The notes below the pieces were generated by a model, which saw nothing but the letters and a program-made list of their open reading frames with translations, did not search any database and had not been told where the DNA came from. Positions 1 to 8,900 of a stretch of 64,000 bases of DNA are shown here, piece after piece (the stretch's first letter is position 1; every line of letters starts with the position of its first letter). Source of the stretch: Syntrophobacterales bacterium (lineage in GTDB: Bacteria > Desulfobacterota > Syntrophobacteria > BM002); NCBI GenBank assembly GCA_050124835.1, contig JASFEM010000001.1:15280-79279 (forward strand), written 5' to 3'. The position numbers and the translations under genes were made by a program.

Positions 1-786
1 CACTCCTTTGACCCTCAACACAAGATCTTCCCCTCGCGCCAACTCCTGCAGCCTGACGTTGTCAGCATGTACTCTTCCCACCACGACCCGTCTGCCCGAG
101 GGAAGTCTCAGATGACGACCCCATTTTAGGAGTTCCACGTCGTGGAGTCCCACATTTTCCTGGGTGGTGAAAAGATCCCTCAACCTGTCGGCAAACCCGG
201 CTTTGGTGAGAATGCACCCGCCACCAGGACTCGGGTATTCCTTGATTCCATAATCAGCTGCTAGAGCCATTTGTCTCTTGCGAGAGCGACCGTGAATGTC
301 CAGCAGCCTCTGGCGATCAACTTTACCCAATTCTTCCGGTATGGTCTGCCAAAGCAACTTGGCACTCAGCGGACGTAAAATATACCCTCCGTAGCCCGAA
401 AGTTTGTCGACGGCCTTGAGCGCATCCTTTCGCTGCGACATTGGGCGCTGGCCCAACACCTCCCCCGTGGCAAGGAAGTCAAATCCTTCTGTCTCCATTA
501 TCTTACCGGCCGTGCGGAGCATGAGGGCGTGACAGTCAATGCAGGGATTCATCTGGCTGCCATAACCGTATTTGGGGTTCTTAAGCATCTCGAGATGAGA
601 TTCTCCAATATCCACCACCCGCAGGGGAATCTCTAGCTGACTGGCCGCCTGCTGCGCACCCTCAGGGCCAAAGAAAGGAGTCTCAAAGGTAATACCGGCC
701 ATCTCGATCTGCTGGTCCTGGAGCACCCTGACTGCCAGCATGCTGTCGAGACCTCCGGACATGAGACCAAGGGCACGAACCCTCAT
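1..786 (-). CDS. PP-loop superfamily ATPase (ThiI/TtuA/MnmA-like sulfurtransferase family), 3' part truncated by the window edge. Starts MRVRALGLMSGGLDSMLA.
   Basis: Reverse-strand translation gives an N-terminal SGGxDS PP-loop motif and a CxxC pair (NPCIDCH). The ATG lies at 784-786 on the minus strand. Confidence 0.7.
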   Translation of the reverse strand, partial: MRVRALGLMSGGLDSMLAVRVLQDQQIEMAGITFETPFFGPEGAQQAASQLEIPLRVVDIGESHLEMLKNPKYGYGSQMNPCIDCHALMLRTAGKIMETEGFDFLATGEVLGQRPMSQRKDALKAVDKLSGYGGYILRPLSAKLLWQTIPEELGKVDRQRLLDIHGRSRKRQMALAADYGIKEYPSPGGGCILTKAGFADRLRDLFTTQENVGLHDVELLKWGRHLRLPSGRRVVVGRVHADNVRLQELARGEDLVLRVKGV

Positions 787-845
787 CGAACTCCTCGCCT
801 TTGCGCAGGTAATATCTTGAAGCCTAATCAAACTCTATATTCAGG

Positions 846-1040
846 CAGATCCTAGCGGGTTCGAAATCCAAATATCGAATATCGAAATCCCAAACAAATT
901 CAAAATGCAAATTCTCCAATGTTCAAAACAGAATCGTAATTTTGATCACTGAAATCCGTTGTCTTCTCGTTTTGAATTTCGTGCTTTGGTCATTTGGATT
1001 TGTTTCGAATTTCGGATTTCGTGCTTCGAATTTATCATTA
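846..1040. repeat. MITE/REP-like intergenic element. Imperfect inverted-repeat arms made of heptamer words (cgaaatc/atatcga/tttcgaa) flank a core containing aattctccaatgttcaaaaca. A second copy sits at 40316-40490.
   Basis: The 21-mer aattctccaatgttcaaaaca is identical at 910-930 and 40372-40392. The flanking arms are mutually reverse-complementary heptamer arrays. Confidence 0.6.
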
Positions 1041-1094
1041 TGATCACAGTGTCACCGTGTGACCGTGTCACCGCGTCGCCACCGCTGCCTGCTG

Positions 1095-1754
1095 CTAGCT
1101 GCCAGCTGTCCTCTGGCCGTGGTCGCAGTGTTCCACCAATGGACAATCCGGGCACTTTGGCTTCCTCGCTGTGCATATTTTCCGACCATGCTGAATAAGC
1201 TGGTGGGAGAAAACCGTCCACTTTTCTCTTGGAATAAGCTCCATCAGGTCAAACTCAATTTTCACTGGATCTCGCTGCCGGGTTAGACCTATCCGCTGGG
1301 TGATTCGTCCCACATGGGTATCGACGACAATCCCCGGCGTATTGAAAGCACTACCCAGAATGACGTTTGCCGTCTTTCTGCCAATGCCAGGGAGCTTGAC
1401 CAACTCCTCGAGGCTGTTCGGCACCTCACCCTTATATTTCTCCACCAGCGCTAAGCCACAGTTTTTCAAGCTCTTGGCCTTGTTCCTGAAGAACCCTGTG
1501 GGCCGTATATCCTCCTCCAACTCGTTGAGAGGACCATTGGCATAATCTGCCGCGGCTTGATACTTCTTAAAAAGGTTTTTGGTCACCTGATTAACCCGCT
1601 CATCAGTACACTGAGCTGAAAGTACGGTGGCCACGAGAAGTTCCAAAGGATTCTTGAAGTCCAAACTACATTTTGCTTTGGGGTACATCTGGTCCAGAAT
1701 TTCAAGTATTGCCGGTACGTTCTTCATACGGTCTCCCCAATCAAAAGACGGCAC
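1095..1754 (-). CDS. nth: Endonuclease III (DNA glycosylase/AP lyase Nth).
   Basis: 219-aa ORF with the HhH-GPD motif (LPGIGRKTANVIL) and a C-terminal 4Fe-4S Cys cluster (CTARKPKCPDCPLVEHC). The true start may be the internal MKNVP. Confidence 0.9.
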   Translation of the reverse strand: MPSFDWGDRMKNVPAILEILDQMYPKAKCSLDFKNPLELLVATVLSAQCTDERVNQVTKNLFKKYQAAADYANGPLNELEEDIRPTGFFRNKAKSLKNCGLALVEKYKGEVPNSLEELVKLPGIGRKTANVILGSAFNTPGIVVDTHVGRITQRIGLTRQRDPVKIEFDLMELIPREKWTVFSHQLIQHGRKICTARKPKCPDCPLVEHCDHGQRTAGS

Positions 1755-1977
1755 GAGGCACCTTAATCAGCTGGAAGCTGATTAAACGGTCCAATCCCAG
1801 AATGCTGCCTGCTGTCGGCTGCCCTCTGCCAGCTGATTACCACTCTATGCTTCTATAACATAAAAAGTTTTGCATACATACCCAACCACCTGTTTGCTCA
1901 CCCCATTTCACTTGACCCAACATGCCGGTTCAGTTAGCATCACAGCCTCGGAAGGTAATATTTTCGGAGTATAGACC

Positions 1978-2448
1978 GTGAATCAGATTTCTGCCCCTCT
2001 TAAAGGCAAAATCGTGGCAGTTTCCACTAGTAGCCGTAAGGGGAAGAAGAAAACAAACCTCGCCCGTTGTGAGCTCTTGGAAAACAAAGGGCTCGACGGT
2101 GATGCACACGCCGGCGACTGGCATCGCCAGGTAAGCCTCCTGGCCACGGAGAGTATTGCCAAGATTCAAGAGAAAGGTCTTGAAGTCGCTCCCGGGGACT
2201 TTGCCGAAAACATCACCACTACCGGGCTCAAGCTCTGGAAACTTCCTTTAGGCACTCAGATTGCCTTGGGAAAGCAAGCATTATTAGAAGTTACACAGAT
2301 CGGCAAAGAGTGTCATGATCGTTGCGCCATCTACCACCAGGTGGGTGACTGTGTCATGCCAAGGGAGGGAATTTTTGCTCGCGTTCTCCGGGGCGGTACC
2401 ATCAAACCTGGAGATGAAATCAGCATTATACTCCCGGCCGGCTCATAA
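1978..2448 (+). CDS. MOSC domain-containing protein (YiiM-like).
   Basis: 156-aa ORF with a MOSC-like beta-barrel signature (GDxHAG, FAENITT, GKQALLEVTQIGKEC). Confidence 0.7.
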   Translation: MNQISAPLKGKIVAVSTSSRKGKKKTNLARCELLENKGLDGDAHAGDWHRQVSLLATESIAKIQEKGLEVAPGDFAENITTTGLKLWKLPLGTQIALGKQALLEVTQIGKECHDRCAIYHQVGDCVMPREGIFARVLRGGTIKPGDEISIILPAGS

Positions 2449-2572
2449 AATCCTTGACTTCAGGAGCTTATTAACCTAGGAATGACGAACTTGGAATTTT
2501 AGACTATCGCCTGCATAATTTCTCAATTGTCCTTGTCAAGTAACCCCTAATCGCGCGAAACGGAGATCGCTC

Positions 2573-2917
2573 ATGATCCTTAACATTGTTTGTCCTTTCT
2601 GCGAGAGAAAGCACCCCATTCCCATGGATTTCGACGATGTGTATACCTGTGACTGTGGAGCCTGCTACAGGATTTGTAGCAGCAATCTCCTTGAAAATGG
2701 ATTGACCCTCATCGCCAAGGAAGTCTGGGAAACCGACTACCTGCCCCTTCCTGAGGAGGAGGAAATGGGATTCTGCCAGGTGGTGGTTAACCGTGAGTTC
2801 GATCAACTCATTTCACTTAAACAGTCAATGGGTGAACCGTCCGAAATGCGTTTCTGCAAATATGACCCGTCCGCGGAACTTGCCCTAGTCTGGCTCAAGA
2901 GACCATTAGGGGGCTAG
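2573..2917 (+). CDS. Small Cys-rich (zinc-ribbon-like) hypothetical protein of 114 aa that ends in Gly-Gly.
   Basis: ORF with CPFC...CDCGAC motifs and a GGAG-type RBS 9 nt upstream. It sits immediately upstream of the B12-radical-SAM gene. Confidence 0.45.
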   Translation: MILNIVCPFCERKHPIPMDFDDVYTCDCGACYRICSSNLLENGLTLIAKEVWETDYLPLPEEEEMGFCQVVVNREFDQLISLKQSMGEPSEMRFCKYDPSAELALVWLKRPLGG

Positions 2918-2946
2918 GATGGTTTAAAACCAAGTGGAATTCAGTC

Positions 2947-4806
2947 GTGGCATCATTTCGACTCGCCCTCATCTCCATGCCCTGGCCGCTGGCTAACCGT
3001 CCTTCAATACAATTGGGAACCCTCAAGAGTTTCCTCAGAGTCAAGGCACCAGACATACAGGTTGACTGTTACCATCCCTACCTCGAGGTGGCCAATCTCC
3101 TGGGGCTGAAGGCTTACAATACCATCGCCGAGCGGACATGGGTGGCAGAGTCCGTTTACGCTTATCTGTTTAACCCGAAGAGAAGACCTGAGATAACTGA
3201 GCTAGTCTCCAAGGAATACCGTGCCGGAGGGCATCCTCCAGATCTTGAAAATATCTCTAGACAAATTCACCGCTTGCACCAAAGAAAGCATCTTAATTCG
3301 GCCTGGTCTTCTTATGATCTCATCGGTCTTTCTATCTGTCTTTCCCAGTTGACCTCATCTCTCTATATGATTAGGGAGATCCACAGGCATCATCCCCATT
3401 GCCTCATAGCGGTTGGCGGATCCAGTTGCTCCGGCGAACTGGGTTACTCGCTCCTTGCCAACTCACCCGAGATCGACTTCGTGGTGAGTGGAGAGGGTGA
3501 ACTGCCACTTTTGACTTTAATCAACCGAATCAAGAATGACGACTCTAAAGGTGATGACTCTGCTGGCCTGCTTTGGCGGGATAAACAGGGTAATGTCACC
3601 GGAGGTGGGCTGAAACAGCTGTCGAACCTAAAAGAACTTCCTGTGCCAGACTACACCGACTATTTTGAGCAATTAAGCCGTCAGTCTCGATTGTTTAATC
3701 TTATTCCCAATTTACCGGTGGAAACCTCTCGAGGATGCTGGTGGCACAGAGTAAAGTCTGGCACGGTCGATCGTGCTTGCAAATTCTGCAATCTTAATTT
3801 GCAGTGGCGAGGGTACAGGAGCAAAGAACCGACTCAAGTAGCGCGGGAAATGGAAGAGTTGGCTCGCAAACACTCTAGTCTGAAATTCTCCTTTGCTGAC
3901 AACATTCTTGACAGCCGGAAGCTCAAAGGACTCTTTAAATCTATCACTGAGTTAGATCGGAGCTTCGAGATCTTTACTGAACTAAGGGCATCTGTCTCTC
4001 GTGGCGACCTCATTCAGATGCGGAGAGCCGGGGTCAATCGGGTCCAGATTGGAGTTGAGGCCTTGAGCACCAGCCTCCTTGCCAAAATAAACAAAGGGAC
4101 CACGGCCATCCAAAACATTGAGGTGATGAAACACTGCGAGGAACTGGGTATCCACCATTCATCCAACCTTATCCTAGGCTTTCCAACAAGCGACAGCAGG
4201 GATGTTGAGGAAACCCTTGACAACCTCGAGTTTGTCCTACCCTACCTACCTCTTCGCAAGGTCCGTTTCTGGCTGGGGCAAAACAGCCCGGTGGACCTTC
4301 ACCCTGAACAATTTGGCATCCGCAGGGTGGCCAATCACCCGTACTACAAAAAGTTGCTACCGAACTCGCTCGCAGATTCACTCTGCTTAATGATAAAAAC
4401 TTACATAGGCGATCGCACCAAACAAAAGAAGCTCTGGATGCCGGTAGCTAGGGCTCTTGACCGCTGGCAAGAGCAGTACCACTCTCTGCGAAAAGACCAA
4501 TTCCCGGCTCCTTTACTTGGCTATCGTGACGGTGGAGATTTTCTCTTAATCCGAAGGCGAAGCAAAAATTACCAGATGGAGACCTTTCGACTCAAGGGCT
4601 ACTCACGGGGTATTTATCGACTCTGTGAAACACGTAGAACTTTGGGCCAAATCCTCCATGAATTTCAAAACGTCTCTTCAGATAAGCTGGAGAATTTCAT
4701 TTCACATATGGTTGAAAAACGGCTCATGTTTCGAGAGGGTGATCAGGTTCTGAGTCTGGCAGTGAACGAGGAACCGCACAGGGTGTTATGCGACGCCGGA
4801 AACTAA
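2947..4806 (+). CDS. B12-binding-domain radical SAM enzyme with a C-terminal RRE/PqqD-like region (RiPP-maturase-like).
   Basis: 619-aa ORF. The N-terminal B12-binding-like region (CLIAVGGSSCSGE) is followed by an atypical radical-SAM cluster motif, CWWHRVKSGTVDRACKFC (C-x14-C-x2-C). A C-terminal roughly 150-aa domain follows. Confidence 0.7.
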   Translation: MASFRLALISMPWPLANRPSIQLGTLKSFLRVKAPDIQVDCYHPYLEVANLLGLKAYNTIAERTWVAESVYAYLFNPKRRPEITELVSKEYRAGGHPPDLENISRQIHRLHQRKHLNSAWSSYDLIGLSICLSQLTSSLYMIREIHRHHPHCLIAVGGSSCSGELGYSLLANSPEIDFVVSGEGELPLLTLINRIKNDDSKGDDSAGLLWRDKQGNVTGGGLKQLSNLKELPVPDYTDYFEQLSRQSRLFNLIPNLPVETSRGCWWHRVKSGTVDRACKFCNLNLQWRGYRSKEPTQVAREMEELARKHSSLKFSFADNILDSRKLKGLFKSITELDRSFEIFTELRASVSRGDLIQMRRAGVNRVQIGVEALSTSLLAKINKGTTAIQNIEVMKHCEELGIHHSSNLILGFPTSDSRDVEETLDNLEFVLPYLPLRKVRFWLGQNSPVDLHPEQFGIRRVANHPYYKKLLPNSLADSLCLMIKTYIGDRTKQKKLWMPVARALDRWQEQYHSLRKDQFPAPLLGYRDGGDFLLIRRRSKNYQMETFRLKGYSRGIYRLCETRRTLGQILHEFQNVSSDKLENFISHMVEKRLMFREGDQVLSLAVNEEPHRVLCDAGN

Positions 4807-4936
4807 TTAGGAGGCTCAGAGCAGCAGGCGGCCGTTTCGACTAGGCACTAGGGACTAAGCACTAGGCACTGAAGAGCGACACGGTGAAACGCCGACGCGC
4901 TGATCAAAAAGCAACGAATCTAGCAGCTTTGCGCTT

Positions 4937-5818
4937 ATGATCTGGACTCAACTCCCACAATTTCTTGTCTCGGGCATCACCAGCGGCAGTATTTATGCCC
5001 TCATCGCCCTGGGATTCGGGATTATTCATAACGCCACGGGCATTGTCAACTTCGCTCAAGGGGAGTTTGTCATGATCGGGGCCATGACTATGATTAGTCT
5101 CACCCAGGTTGCTGGATTGCCGGTGCCCATAGCTTTTCCTCTGGCTGTATTGGCTGTAATGGCAGTGGGTTGGTTAATGGAGATTGGGCCTATTCGCAGG
5201 GCGCGCTCCAATAGCATTCTGATTCTGGTGATGATCACCGTGGGCGCCTCCATCACCATGCGGGAGGCAGCCATGCTTGTCTGGGGAAAGACCCCACGTA
5301 CGCTGCCGTCATTTTCCGGCGATGAACCTCTAGTCTGGGGCCATGCCGCAATTCTGCCCCAAACCCTCTGGATTTTGGGAATCACGCTGCTGGTGGTTGT
5401 TTTACTCGGCATATTTTTCAATAGGACCATGGTCGGCAAAGCCATGAGAGCAGTGGCGGAGAATCGTAGGGGGGCAGCACTCGTGGGTATCGCTGTCTAC
5501 CGCATGACGCTGCTTTCTTTCGTTCTCAGTGGCGGCATCGGCGCAGTGGCCGGTATCATCATTACCCCCATTACCACCATGTCTTACAGCGCCGGTGTTA
5601 TGCTAGCCCTAAAAGGTTTTGCTGCTGCTATATTGGGTGGGTATGGCAGTATGCTGGGTGCGGTAGTCGGTGGCCTTCTCCTTGGGATTATGGAGTCCTT
5701 TGGTGCTGGATTTATCTCATCAGCTTATAAGGATGCCTTTGCCTTTATGATTCTGCTACTTGTGCTTTTTGTCAGACCTACAGGGCTTTTTGGCAAGGAA
5801 GAGATTAAGAGAGTATAG
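4937..5818 (+). CDS. livH: Branched-chain amino acid ABC transporter permease LivH.
   Basis: 293-aa polytopic membrane ORF with typical LivH N-terminus and motifs. Confidence 0.9.
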   Translation: MIWTQLPQFLVSGITSGSIYALIALGFGIIHNATGIVNFAQGEFVMIGAMTMISLTQVAGLPVPIAFPLAVLAVMAVGWLMEIGPIRRARSNSILILVMITVGASITMREAAMLVWGKTPRTLPSFSGDEPLVWGHAAILPQTLWILGITLLVVVLLGIFFNRTMVGKAMRAVAENRRGAALVGIAVYRMTLLSFVLSGGIGAVAGIIITPITTMSYSAGVMLALKGFAAAILGGYGSMLGAVVGGLLLGIMESFGAGFISSAYKDAFAFMILLLVLFVRPTGLFGKEEIKRV

Positions 5819-5825
5819 AGAAACA

Positions 5826-6044
5826 TTGCGGATTTCGGATTGCGAATTAAAGAAAGGTGCAAGGCACAGGGCACAAGGCACAAGGTAAAAAAGATAGAAT
5901 TCAGGAGTCAGTAGGCAGGAGCCAGGAGAAAAGAGAGATTCGATTTTAATCTTTTCATTCTGGATTCTGTCTCCCGGATTCTGACTCCTCGCTACTTAGT
6001 TTGTCGCGGCTAAAAGCCGCTCCCACAGAGTACTGAAACCTGAT
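5826..6044. repeat. Roughly 220-bp intergenic insertion between livH and livM. It holds the dispersed-repeat family 'A' 50-mer at 5837-5886 plus inverted GGAGTCAG/CTGACTCC arms.
   Basis: The 50-mer ggattgcgaattaaagaaaggtgcaaggcacagggcacaaggcacaaggt matches 10201-10250 at 47 of 50 positions. The spacer is made of heptamer words (acaaggc). Confidence 0.7.
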
Positions 6045-7010
6045 ATGAGCAAAACCCAGAAAAAATGGATTTACTTCTTAGGACTGGCGGGGGTGGTGGG
6101 CCTGCTTCCCTTTGTGGTCAAAGGAGGCTATTACCTGCTGGTCTTAAATATCATTGCCATAAACGGCCTCGTTGTTCTTGGCTTGAACCTGCTCATCGGC
6201 TTTGCCGGTCAAATCTCCCTGGGCCATGCGGCTTTCTTTGGGATAGGGGCTTATTTGTCGGCCATCTCTACAGCCATGTACAACGCACCGCCTTGGCCAA
6301 CCCTACTGGCGGTAATGGTTTTCACTGCTGTGGTCGCATACGTACTGGGTATACCAACTCTGCGGCTCGAGGGCCACTACCTGGTCATGGCAACCCTGGG
6401 TTTCAATATCATTGTCTACATTCTCATGGTTCAGATGGAATATTGGACGGGCGGACCTTCTGGTTTCGCTGGCATTCCTCCCCTTAACCTGGGGCCTTTT
6501 CCTATCGAGGGTGACCTCCACTATTACTGGCTATTATGGTCTTTTTTCCTGGCAATTTTCTTTCTCTCACTCAACCTGGTTGATTCACGTGTGGGCCGCG
6601 CCCTTCGCGCCATTCATGAAAATGAACTTGTGGCTAACGCCATGGGAGTTAACACCGAAAGATACAAGGTGATCATTTTTGCGGTCAGTGCGGCTTATGC
6701 TTCTTTGGCCGGCAGCCTTTACGCGCACTACCTTTCGTTTATAAGTCCCAAGACATTTGATATCTTTTATTCCGTTCAGGTTGTCACTATGGTGGTGGTA
6801 GGAGGTATTGGAAATCTATGGGGAGGCCTGCTGGGCGCGGCTGTGCTTACGGCTTTGCCTGAAGTGCTTCATGCAATGCGTGATTATGCCCTTTTGCTTT
6901 ATGGCGTCATTTTGATGGGAGCGCTGGTGTTTTTCCCCGAGGGCTTGTTACCGGGTCTCATAAAGTTATGGTCTGATAAGCGAGCCGCAAAGCTCGGAGT
7001 CTCAGAGTAA
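6045..7010 (+). CDS. livM: Branched-chain amino acid ABC transporter permease LivM.
   Basis: 321-aa membrane ORF, LivM-like. Confidence 0.9.
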   Translation: MSKTQKKWIYFLGLAGVVGLLPFVVKGGYYLLVLNIIAINGLVVLGLNLLIGFAGQISLGHAAFFGIGAYLSAISTAMYNAPPWPTLLAVMVFTAVVAYVLGIPTLRLEGHYLVMATLGFNIIVYILMVQMEYWTGGPSGFAGIPPLNLGPFPIEGDLHYYWLLWSFFLAIFFLSLNLVDSRVGRALRAIHENELVANAMGVNTERYKVIIFAVSAAYASLAGSLYAHYLSFISPKTFDIFYSVQVVTMVVVGGIGNLWGGLLGAAVLTALPEVLHAMRDYALLLYGVILMGALVFFPEGLLPGLIKLWSDKRAAKLGVSE

Positions 7011-7040
7011 ACAGGGTGGAGAGGGAGTTCCTGGAAGAGT

Positions 7041-7829
7041 ATGAACACTAACGACACTCTCCTTAAGCTGAATCAGGTAAACAAGCAGTTTGACGGTCTA
7101 ATGGCAATTGCAGGGGTCTCGTTCGACTTGAATTCAGGAGAGATTGTCTCCCTCATTGGACCCAACGGTGCAGGAAAAACTACTTTGCTGAACTTGATTT
7201 CAGGGGTTTATCCTCCAACCAGCGGGGAGATCTTACTCCATGGCGCGAACATAACCGGAATGAAGCCTTACCAAATAGCCAAAAAAAAGATTGCACGCAC
7301 CTTCCAGTCAGTCCAGATATTTCAGGAAATGACTGTGCTAGAAAATGTTTTGCTGGGGCTACATCACCGCCTCCGCAGTGGGTTTGTCAAAGGTATGCTA
7401 CACTTTCCCGCAGAAAGACGAGAGGAGCAGACCGCTGTCACACAAGCTGTGGATTCCCTAGAGCAGTTCGGCATCGCCCATCTTGCCGAACGAAAAGCCG
7501 ACAGCATTAGCCTGAAAGAACAAAGGTGTTTGGAAATTGCTCGCTCTGTTGTCTCAGGGCCAAGTCTGCTGCTTTTGGACGAACCTGCCGCCGGCCTCAA
7601 TATTCGGGAAACTGAAGAAATAGCTGAGATTATACAGGGGCTGAGGCAGCATGGTCTTACTATTCTCTTGGTAGAGCACGACATGAACCTTGTCATGAGT
7701 ATCGCGCATCGGGTCATTGCTTTGCACCATGGTCTAAAAATCGCTGAAGGGACACCCGAGGAGATCCAGAGAAATCCAGAGGTAGTGAAGGCATACTTGG
7801 GTGGAACCCCGAGTGTGTTTTCGGAGTAG
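7041..7829 (+). CDS. livG: Branched-chain amino acid ABC transporter ATP-binding protein LivG.
   Basis: Walker A GPNGAGKTT, ABC signature and Walker B LLLDEPAAG. Confidence 0.92.
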   Translation: MNTNDTLLKLNQVNKQFDGLMAIAGVSFDLNSGEIVSLIGPNGAGKTTLLNLISGVYPPTSGEILLHGANITGMKPYQIAKKKIARTFQSVQIFQEMTVLENVLLGLHHRLRSGFVKGMLHFPAERREEQTAVTQAVDSLEQFGIAHLAERKADSISLKEQRCLEIARSVVSGPSLLLLDEPAAGLNIRETEEIAEIIQGLRQHGLTILLVEHDMNLVMSIAHRVIALHHGLKIAEGTPEEIQRNPEVVKAYLGGTPSVFSE

Positions 7830-7943
7830 AAGCTAGCAGCTGGCAGCCGGCAGCTAGCAGCCGACAGTTGATCAAATGGTCTAATCTAAGAATGCTGGCT
7901 GCTGATTAAAGCGCTATGCGCTATGCGCTATGCGAGATTCACA

Positions 7944-8681
7944 ATGCTTCGTGTAAAGAATGTATCCGCATATTACGGCAATATACAAGTTCTGCGGCGG
8001 GTGACCTTTCATGTCAAGCGAGGAGAGGTGGTCTCTCTCATTGGCGGCAATGGTGCAGGAAAGAGTACTCTTCTAAATGTTATTAGCGGACTGCACTCCG
8101 CCAGTTCAGGATCCGTCTTGTTTGAAGACCAGGAAATTCAGAAGCTGGCCCCAGACAAGATGGTTCGCCTTGGCCTACTGCAAGTGCCGGAGCAGAGACA
8201 AATTTTTAACTCTATGACCGTATTAGAAAATCTTGAGCTCGGTTCTTACTCTCTGGCACGAAAAAAGCAAAAACGTATGGCCCGGTCCCAACAGCATGAG
8301 ATCTACCAACTCTTCCCTATCCTGGAAGAACGAGCCCAGCAGAGGGCAGGGACGTTGAGTGGAGGCGAGCAACAGATGCTATCCATCGGACGGGCACTGA
8401 TGGCCAGACCTAAAATGCTTCTCCTTGACGAACCCTCGTTGGGATTGGCGCCCCTAGTGGCACAGGAGATTCTGGAGGTAACTCGCAAGCTTCGTGATGA
8501 TGGCACCACAATCCTTCTAGTTGAACAGAACGCCCAGGCGGCTCTTGAGATTTGCGATCGCGCTTATGTGTTGGAGGCGGGCCGCATCGTCCTTGAGGGC
8601 ACTCCTGCGGAACTCTTGACAAACGATGAGGTGCGTCGGGCATTTTTGGGACGGGATTATAAAGAAAAATGGGAGAGGTAG
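7944..8681 (+). CDS. livF: Branched-chain amino acid ABC transporter ATP-binding protein LivF.
   Basis: Walker A GGNGAGKST, LSGGEQQML signature and LLLDEPSLGLAP. The start was chosen at MLRVKNV. The upstream ATG at 7923 lies inside the gcgctat heptamer repeat. Confidence 0.88.
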   Translation: MLRVKNVSAYYGNIQVLRRVTFHVKRGEVVSLIGGNGAGKSTLLNVISGLHSASSGSVLFEDQEIQKLAPDKMVRLGLLQVPEQRQIFNSMTVLENLELGSYSLARKKQKRMARSQQHEIYQLFPILEERAQQRAGTLSGGEQQMLSIGRALMARPKMLLLDEPSLGLAPLVAQEILEVTRKLRDDGTTILLVEQNAQAALEICDRAYVLEAGRIVLEGTPAELLTNDEVRRAFLGRDYKEKWER

Positions 8682-8900
8682 AGCCGAGATTCAGTTACTT
8701 TAGCAAAGAATTATTCCCGATGCGAAACGACGCGGTGACGCGGCGATGCGGTGACACGGAGAAAGGGTGACGAGATCTAATTATCACTCTATCGCCGCGT
8801 CCCCGTGTCTCCCCTTCCCCGTGTCGCCACCTAGCCCAACGAGGCGAGCCGGTTGAGATCCCACTCGCCTGTTGGTGACAATAAACATGGAGAGCCAGGA

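Noticed and set aside
2573-2917. 114-aa Cys-rich ORF as a bona fide RiPP precursor
   Set aside because: It ends in GG with no core peptide after it and has no NHLP/Nif11-like leader. It is kept as a hypothetical zinc-ribbon protein, and the precursor possibility is noted only in the findings.
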